Under the pieces are notes generated by a model. It was not told the origin of the DNA and did not search any database. It saw nothing but the letters and a program-made list of their open reading frames with translations. Positions 58,088-64,000 of a DNA stretch of 64,000 bases are shown piece after piece. The position numbers and the translations under genes are program-made. The stretch's first letter is position 1; every line of letters starts with the position of its first letter. The DNA lies in the NCBI GenBank assembly GCA_018816345.1, contig JAHIWG010000139.1, forward strand, positions 15,769-79,768, written 5' to 3'. Origin of the DNA: Spirochaetota bacterium (GTDB taxonomy: Bacteria > Spirochaetota > Spirochaetia > Treponematales > UBA12059).

Positions 58088-58426
58088 ATGGTCGAGACCG
58101 TATTTGAAAATTTCCCCGAAGACGGCCTTATCAAGACCGTCGACGAGCCTAATCAGGAGCTTTCTTCCGAGCAGAAGGTTCGATTGAATCGCCGCGGCAA
58201 TACTCTCTTCAATTCCGGCGATATCGAGACGGCGAGGCGTATTTTCCAGACTACCGGTTACTCTGACGGCCTCATGCGCGTCGGGGAGTCGTACCTGGGC
58301 TTGGGGCGCCCCGTGGACGCCCTGAAGATGTTCAAGCTATCGCACGATCAGGCAAGGAGCGACGAGCTGATCGGGAAAGCGGCGTTAGCGATTCGAAAAA
58401 TGCTCGATAAGAAGGATAATGTATGA
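58088..58426 (+). CDS. Hypothetical protein with one TPR-like repeat (112 aa)
   Basis: ORF with a GGACGGAG SD. Contains ...GNTLFNSGDIETARRIFQ...GESYLGLGRPVDALKMF... Overlaps the next gene by 4 nt. Confidence 0.55.
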   Translation: MVETVFENFPEDGLIKTVDEPNQELSSEQKVRLNRRGNTLFNSGDIETARRIFQTTGYSDGLMRVGESYLGLGRPVDALKMFKLSHDQARSDELIGKAALAIRKMLDKKDNV

Positions 58427-59568
58427 GCGATGAGAACAACCAAAACGACGAGAGCCCGCTAGAGGACGGGATGGCCCCCCAGCAGAGCAACGAGCTCATG
58501 GAGATCGCCGAATTATCCAAAAAAGGATACCAGTACCTAAAGGAGAACCGCGTCGGGGACGCCGAGCGCAACTTCAAGAAGATCCTGGAGAACGACCCGG
58601 AGAACAACTACGCGCTCGTCGGGCTCGGCGACGCCGCGAGGAAGCGGACCGCCCATCGGGACGCGGTCGACTATTATAAGAAATGCCTTATCTACCATCC
58701 CGGGAATAATTACGCCCTCTTCGGCCTCGCAGACTGCTATAAGGCCCTCAACCAGTACCAGAAGGCCATAGAGATATGGGAGCAGTACCTGCTCCACGAT
58801 AATAAGAACATCACCGTACTTACCAGGATCGCCGACGCGTACCGCAAGGTCCGCGATTTCAGGAAATCCAAGGCTATCTACCTCCGCGTGCTCGAGATGG
58901 AGTTCAATAACCCCTACGCCCTGATCGGACTCGGCCACCTCCATTACGACTTCAAGGAATACCGCGACGCTCTCCACTACTGGCAGAGGATGGTCGACGC
59001 CCAGGGAGACATGGTCGATATCAGGGTGCTCACGTCCATAGGAAACTGCTACCGGAAGCTAAAGCAGTTCGACCAGGGCGTGCCTTATTTCGAGAAGGCC
59101 CTCGTCAAGGAACCCGACAACTTCTACGCCCTCTTCGGCCTCGCTGACTGCTATCGGGGCGTCGGGGAGCCTCAGCGCTCCCTCGACTACTGGAACCTCA
59201 TCCTCGACAAGGACCCTCGCAACAAGGTGATCCTCACGCGGGCCGGCGACGCGTACCGCAGCATGAACCGATTCGAGGAGGCCGCCGAGTACTACGATCG
59301 CGCCCTCAACATCGAGTTCGACGTCTACGCGGTGCTCGGGCTCGCGACTATCTCCAGGCTACAGGGCAAGGTACAGGCCGCGATCGATTCGTTGAAGCGC
59401 CTCGTGCAGAACGACGCCAAGAACTACCGCTTGCACCTGGAGCTCGCGGAGTGCTACTTGTCGACAGGAGAGCGCCGCAAGGCCGAGGAGACGCTGCAGG
59501 ACTTCATGAGGCTCGGAATCAGGAACCCGCATATCCAGGAATTGATGTCGAAGATACAGAGCCAGTGA
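58423..59568 (+). CDS. Tetratricopeptide-repeat protein (381 aa)
   Basis: About nine 34-aa repeats with recurring ...NYALxGLGDxxxxxxxxxxAxxYYxKxL... / ...PYALIGLGHLHY... patterns. Confidence 0.8.
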   Translation: MSDENNQNDESPLEDGMAPQQSNELMEIAELSKKGYQYLKENRVGDAERNFKKILENDPENNYALVGLGDAARKRTAHRDAVDYYKKCLIYHPGNNYALFGLADCYKALNQYQKAIEIWEQYLLHDNKNITVLTRIADAYRKVRDFRKSKAIYLRVLEMEFNNPYALIGLGHLHYDFKEYRDALHYWQRMVDAQGDMVDIRVLTSIGNCYRKLKQFDQGVPYFEKALVKEPDNFYALFGLADCYRGVGEPQRSLDYWNLILDKDPRNKVILTRAGDAYRSMNRFEEAAEYYDRALNIEFDVYAVLGLATISRLQGKVQAAIDSLKRLVQNDAKNYRLHLELAECYLSTGERRKAEETLQDFMRLGIRNPHIQELMSKIQSQ

Positions 59569-60641
59569 GCGACGCCAGTCAAACGAAGCTCGCCGTTTGG
59601 GCGGCGGGGCTCCTGCCAGGAGAGCTCGCCGGAGCGCTGGGCCTGAGGCCGGCGTTCCGGGGCAAGCAGGTATTCAAGTGGATCGCTAAGGGAGCGTCCT
59701 CGTTCTCGGAGATGAGCGACCTTCCCGCTCCTGACCGCGAGCGCCTCTCGGGGCTCCCCCTATACTCTTCCTCGGTCGACGAGGCGTTAACGGGCGCTGA
59801 CGACTCGGTGAAGCTAAAGATCAGGCTCAGGGACGGAGCCGCCGTAGAGTCGGTCCTGCTGACCGACGCCGAGGGCAGGATGACGGCCTGCCTTTCAACG
59901 CAGGTCGGCTGTCCGATGGCCTGCGCCTTCTGCAAGACCGGCGCTCTCGGCTTCCTGCGCGACCTCGGCCCCGACGAGATAGTGGAGCAGTATTTCCACC
60001 TGAGCGCCATACGCGGGAGGCCCTCGAACATCGTCTTCATGGGGATGGGAGAGCCGCTCGCGAATATCGACGCCCTCAGGAAGTCTATCGCGGTACTGAC
60101 CCATCCTGACGGGCTGGGCGTATCGCGCCGCAAGATCACCATTTCTACGTGCGGAGTCGTCCCCGGGATTCGCGAACTCGCGGACAACGGCCCTCACGTC
60201 AGGCTCGCCGTATCGTTGACGGCGGCCACCGACGACTTGAGGAGCGCCTTGATGCCGGTCAACAGATCGTGGAACCTAGCCGCGCTCAAGGAAGCGCTCC
60301 TGTACTACCAGGAGAAGACAGGCGACAGGATTACCCTCGAGGCGGCTATCATGGGCGGCCAGAATTCGAGCGTGGAGAGCGCAGCGGCCATGGCGGAATG
60401 GATCCGCCCGCTCAACGCCCAAGTAAACGTCATTCCGTGGAACCCGGTTCCCGGGCTACCGTACCACGAGCCCTCGCGGGCGGAGGCCTCCGCCTTCGAG
60501 GCCGAGCTGGAGCGGCGAGGCGTCAACGCCGTCAGGCGCGCCAGGCGAGGCCGCGGCGTGAGCGGGGCCTGCGGCCAGCTGGGCGATACGCTCGGCGCGA
60601 GCCTGTTGGCGGAAGAAGACGAAGAAGACGAAGAAGAATAG
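59565..60641 (+). CDS. rlmN: 23S rRNA (adenine2503-C2)-methyltransferase, radical SAM
   Basis: FRGKQVFKWI..., STQVGCPMACAFCKTG, ...MGMGEPL..., ...ACGQL. GTGA overlap with the TPR gene stop. The acidic tail reads EEDEEDEEE. Confidence 0.93.
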   Translation: MSDASQTKLAVWAAGLLPGELAGALGLRPAFRGKQVFKWIAKGASSFSEMSDLPAPDRERLSGLPLYSSSVDEALTGADDSVKLKIRLRDGAAVESVLLTDAEGRMTACLSTQVGCPMACAFCKTGALGFLRDLGPDEIVEQYFHLSAIRGRPSNIVFMGMGEPLANIDALRKSIAVLTHPDGLGVSRRKITISTCGVVPGIRELADNGPHVRLAVSLTAATDDLRSALMPVNRSWNLAALKEALLYYQEKTGDRITLEAAIMGGQNSSVESAAAMAEWIRPLNAQVNVIPWNPVPGLPYHEPSRAEASAFEAELERRGVNAVRRARRGRGVSGACGQLGDTLGASLLAEEDEEDEEE

Positions 60642-60643
60642 AG

Positions 60644-61798
60644 CTATCGGCCCTCGGCCTCGCCGAGGCGGCGCCGCAGGCGTATAGCGCGGCGCTCGGC
60701 TCTATCCAGCAGGCTTCCCCGAGCCGCGTCCCGCGCGGCTACGGCCAGCCGCAGCGCCTCTACGATGTCTCCGGTGACGCGCTCGGCGTAGACCGACTTC
60801 GAGAACAGCCCGGCCGCGTCGTCGGGCAAGTCGCCGACGAGCGCTATACGCTCCTCGAACCTGCCCTGCTTCCTATACAGCCGCATGAGCGGCCGCGCGG
60901 CCCTGGCGTCGCCGGAGTCCAAGGCGCGGCGCAGCGTTCCCTCGGCTAGCCCCTCGTCGAGCCTCGACTGCAGATCCGCGAGCCCGACGAGGTCGCAGGG
61001 CATGATGCCTCCTCTCCCCGCCGCGGCGCCGTGGATCATGAACGTCAGGGCCGCGAGGGATCGTACGTCGAGCTCGTTGTGGCTGAAGACGGCGCCTAAT
61101 CTCCCGCATTCGCCCCGCCTGAGATACTCGAACCAGCACTCGGGAATCTCTCGCCCGGGAATGTCGCCCGACCTGCGTACGCCCAGGGCCGCGGCCTCTA
61201 CGCTGCCTAGCGAACAGTCGCCGAGGACGCGCCGCCATAGCCGCCTGGAGGCATGGAGCGCGTCGACATGGGCTACCTGCGGCATCGGACCGAAACCGTT
61301 CATGCTCCTGCGCACGGAATAGAGCGGCATATCGAACGAAGAGCCGTTATACGTCACGACTGCCTCGGCCGACTGGAATTCGGCCTCGAGCGATTCTATG
61401 AGCCTCGGTTCGGAGGGATAGTCGTCGATGAAATACTGCCTGACCCTGAAGCTCCCGTCGGAAAGCACGCTGCCGACCGCCGCGAGGAAGGCTACGGTGC
61501 CCGCCCCCCCGGAGAGGCCGGTAGTCTCCAGGTCGAAAAAAAGCATGCCTCCCGCCGCCGCCGAACGGTCCTCCATCCGCGCGGAGAAGGCCGCCAGTCT
61601 GACGCGCTCGTCGCTGCGGACGCCCAATCCCGAGGCTATAGTCTCCTTGAGTCGGAGGCCCTCTCCGACGGTCGTCCAGCCCGGGGGGAACTCAGAATCC
61701 GAGGCCCGTCGGCGCGTGGCCACCGTACGCCCGGGAGCCTTTACGGGTTCGTTCCCCCCGCGTATGCGCGCCAAGCGCGAGCGGAGGTTGCCCGCCAC
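60644..61798 (-). CDS. RNase H-fold (DEDD-type) exonuclease, YprB/MrfB-like
   Basis: LFFDLETTGLSGGAGTVAFLAAVG (ExoI motif) and ...VTYNGSSFDMP... It lies immediately downstream (3-nt gap) of the DUF1998 helicase, as yprB does in Bacillus. Confidence 0.72.
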   Translation of the reverse strand: MAGNLRSRLARIRGGNEPVKAPGRTVATRRRASDSEFPPGWTTVGEGLRLKETIASGLGVRSDERVRLAAFSARMEDRSAAAGGMLFFDLETTGLSGGAGTVAFLAAVGSVLSDGSFRVRQYFIDDYPSEPRLIESLEAEFQSAEAVVTYNGSSFDMPLYSVRRSMNGFGPMPQVAHVDALHASRRLWRRVLGDCSLGSVEAAALGVRRSGDIPGREIPECWFEYLRRGECGRLGAVFSHNELDVRSLAALTFMIHGAAAGRGGIMPCDLVGLADLQSRLDEGLAEGTLRRALDSGDARAARPLMRLYRKQGRFEERIALVGDLPDDAAGLFSKSVYAERVTGDIVEALRLAVAARDAARGSLLDRAERRAIRLRRRLGEAEGR

Positions 61799-61801
61799 CG
61801 C

Positions 61802-64000
61802 CTAGCGCGCCTCCCGGACGCTCGAACCTGCCGCCACGCCGCCGCGAGCGCCGGTTCCGCCGCCCATGGCGCCGAGAGCCGTCGCCGCGGCCCGAAGGAG
61901 GGCCGCCGCCCCCGCCTTCCTCCTAGGCACGGCCGAGAAGGCCTCGTCGGCTACGCCGACGCAAGAGGGGCATCCGTCCTCGCAGTCGCAGGCGGAAACC
62001 CGTCCAAGGGCCTCGGACAGGACGGCCCCCAGGCGTATCGCCAGGGCTTCCGATAGGCCCGTCCCGCCCGGATACCTATCCCAGATATGGACGGCGGGCG
62101 CTCCGTAATGGTCGTCCCTGACGCGCCAAGCCGAGCCTAAGTCGGATCTATCGCAGAGGAGCTCGACGGGGGCCATAGACCGCACAATGCCGCAGAAGGC
62201 GGATAGGGTCGCCGCCCGCTGCAGCTCGCCCATGGCGGCCAGGATGGCTCCCGGGGCTCCCGCTGCGGGGAAGAGCAGCGCGAGCGACCTCGTCTGCATT
62301 TCCTCTGGAGGCAGGTATATCTCCCCGTAGCCTATGTTCTCGTTGGTATGGAAGCGCAGCTTCTTGAATTTCTCGACGCTCGAGCGCACGAGGAGATCGC
62401 CTACCACGACGGGAAGCCCGTCGGGGCCGAGGCGCTCGTCCTCCGACAGGACCTTGAGGTCGTTCTTCACTATCGAGTCGGTATAGTAGTTTGTCTCGCG
62501 CTCCTCTACGAGGCATTGCCTATTCTCTATATCCAGCTTGAGGACGATGAACTGCTTGCCCCGGTGGATGTATACGGCGTCGTCGAACACGAGCTCCTTG
62601 GCGCTTGGCCGGTCCATCTCGCCGATCACCTCGTTCCGCCCGGCCGTGGAGTCGATTATGACGACGTTATCGGACGTAGCCGACCGAAGGGATATCTTTT
62701 CCGCCGGATAGCCGGAATCGGCCCAGTACCATCGGCCGCCGGTGTACCTCACGGTACCCTCCTCCTCGAGGAAGGCCAGCGCCGCCCCGACGTCGGGCCC
62801 GAACGGCTCGCCGTCGTCGAACGGGAGCTCGAAGGCCGCGCACTTGACGTGGTCCGCGTATACGTACGGATTGTCGGGGTCTATGCGCGCGTTCTCGTGG
62901 GCCGCGCCGAAGAAGCGCTCGGGGTGCTCGATGAGGTACTGGTCGACGGGCGAGCTCGAGGCGACGTATACCGCCATCGACGCTCCCTTCCTCCGCCCGG
63001 CCCTTCCGGCTTGCTGCCAGAACGACGCGAGGCTCCCCGGCCAGCCCGAGATGACGGCGGCGTCCAGGCCGCCTATATCGATGCCTAGCTCGAGCGCGTT
63101 CGTTGACACGACGCCGTGCACGCTTCCTTCCCGGAGCCCGCGCTCTATCTGCCTACGCTCGCTCGGAAGCAGGCCGGAACGGTATGGCTCCACCCTGATC
63201 CGGCTATTATCGGTATAGACGTTCTCGAAGCGCTCGTTCAGGTAGGCCGCCAGTATCTCCACCCTTAGCCTCGAGCGCGCGAACAGGATGGTCCTCGTGC
63301 CTGAGGCTATCAGCTTGGCGGCTATGGCCATGGACTCGTCGGCGCAGCTCTTCCTGATGCCCTGTACCGCGTCTACCACGGGAGGATTATAGAAGGCCAC
63401 GGCTTTCTCGGCGCGAGGGGCGCCGTTCTCAGTGATCGCCGCGACGGGCCTGCCGACGAGCGCCTCCGCGAGCTCGGCTGGGTTCCCTATGGTCGCGGAG
63501 CATAGTATGAAGCGTGGGCTCGCGCCGTAGTACGCCGCTATCCGGAGGAGTCGCCTTAAGACGTTGGCGACGTGGCTCCCGAACACGCCGCGATAGGCGT
63601 GCATCTCGTCAATGACGATATAGCGCAGCCCCGCAAAGAACTTTATCCACTTAGCGTGATTGGGGAGGACCCCGGAATGGAGCATGTCGGGGTTGCTGAT
63701 GACGATGCGGCCGGAATCCCGCGCGGCCTTCCGGGTCGCCTGGGGAGTGTCGCCGTCGTAGGTCGCGGCCTTTATAGGCAGGCCGCCGGCCTCTACGAGC
63801 GCGTTCAGCTCCGCCTGCTGGTCCTGCGACAGGGCCTTCGTAGGGAAGAGGTACAGGGCGCGGGCGTCCGCGTCGTCGAGCAGGGCCTGAGCGACCGGCA
63901 GGTTGTAGCAGAGGGTCTTGCCGCTCGCGGTAGGCGTGACGACGACGAAATCCCCGCCCGCCCGGGCGAGGTCCCAGGCTTCGCGCTGATGGCTATAGAG
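61802..64000 (-). CDS. DEAD/DEAH-box helicase with C-terminal DUF1998 zinc domain, YprA/MrfA-like (5' end off window)
   Basis: The frame is open to the window edge. Hand translation of 63686-64000 gives LYSHQREAWDLARAGGDFVVVTPTASGKTLCYNLP... (motifs Q and I). Then VIDEMH (motif II), SAT, QQAGRAGRR (motif VI), and CDCEDGCPSCVG near the C-terminus. Confidence 0.85.
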   Translation of the reverse strand, partial: LYSHQREAWDLARAGGDFVVVTPTASGKTLCYNLPVAQALLDDADARALYLFPTKALSQDQQAELNALVEAGGLPIKAATYDGDTPQATRKAARDSGRIVISNPDMLHSGVLPNHAKWIKFFAGLRYIVIDEMHAYRGVFGSHVANVLRRLLRIAAYYGASPRFILCSATIGNPAELAEALVGRPVAAITENGAPRAEKAVAFYNPPVVDAVQGIRKSCADESMAIAAKLIASGTRTILFARSRLRVEILAAYLNERFENVYTDNSRIRVEPYRSGLLPSERRQIERGLREGSVHGVVSTNALELGIDIGGLDAAVISGWPGSLASFWQQAGRAGRRKGASMAVYVASSSPVDQYLIEHPERFFGAAHENARIDPDNPYVYADHVKCAAFELPFDDGEPFGPDVGAALAFLEEEGTVRYTGGRWYWADSGYPAEKISLRSATSDNVVIIDSTAGRNEVIGEMDRPSAKELVFDDAVYIHRGKQFIVLKLDIENRQCLVEERETNYYTDSIVKNDLKVLSEDERLGPDGLPVVVGDLLVRSSVEKFKKLRFHTNENIGYGEIYLPPEEMQTRSLALLFPAAGAPGAILAAMGELQRAATLSAFCGIVRSMAPVELLCDRSDLGSAWRVRDDHYGAPAVHIWDRYPGGTGLSEALAIRLGAVLSEALGRVSACDCEDGCPSCVGVADEAFSAVPRRKAGAAALLRAAATALGAMGGGTGARGGVAAGSSVREAR

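Noticed and set aside
57930-59568. Apparent dip in GC content over the TPR-gene region as a sign of horizontal transfer
   Set aside because: The sharp dip is confined to the promoter-bearing intergenic region. Within the TPR genes the lower GC is explained by the Lys/Asn/Tyr-rich repeat composition, and no mobility genes or repeats flank the region.
60616-60641. GAAGAAGAC tandem repeat at the end of rlmN, and the RG-rich N-terminus of S18 at 1543-1647
   Set aside because: These are in-frame low-complexity terminal tails (EEDEEDEEE; RGG-type) of otherwise canonical proteins. Nothing suggests a separate element.

Overview
GC-rich (roughly 60-65% by eye) bacterial chromosomal window, densely packed with housekeeping genes on both strands. 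The local gene orders tig-clpP-clpX-lon, rpmF-acpP-rnc, yebC-ruvC-ruvA-ruvB-queA and rpsF-ssb-rpsR-(membrane protein)-rplI, together with tandem MCPs, TPR proteins and lnt, resemble spirochaete genomes. That placement is an unverified inference. I call about 60 CDSs and five tRNAs (His, Arg, Lys, Leu, Gly; none encodes CCA). I also call a TPP riboswitch in front of a thiamine-type ABC transporter, one clear intrinsic terminator, and several promoter-like elements and hairpins. I saw no CRISPR array, transposase, integrase, prophage or recognisable defence island. I cannot point to a clear-cut novel multi-gene system. The most interesting signal is architectural. At 11 operon-first start codons a sigma70-type -10 hexamer ends exactly 6-7 nt before the ATG with no Shine-Dalgarno sequence, which implies widespread leaderless mRNAs alongside normal SD-led genes. 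Secondary leads, in window order: (1) a possible S6:S18-type leader upstream of rpsF; (2) a split AmmeMemoRadiSam system, with the Memo-like and AMMECR1 genes at 15.8-17.3 kb and the radical SAM partner about 16 kb away, coupled to an unknown 125-aa ORF and lnt; (3) a shared upstream motif at two MCP genes; (4) a tRNA-Gly with C instead of the near-universal U at T-loop position 55; (5) a translationally coupled pentapeptide-repeat/MBL-hydrolase pair; (6) a 55-aa ORF missing from the ORF track that has its own promoter and SD; (7) a YprA/YprB (MrfA/MrfB)-like helicase-exonuclease pair. All functional calls rest on motif recognition in the translated ORFs. No database search was possible.
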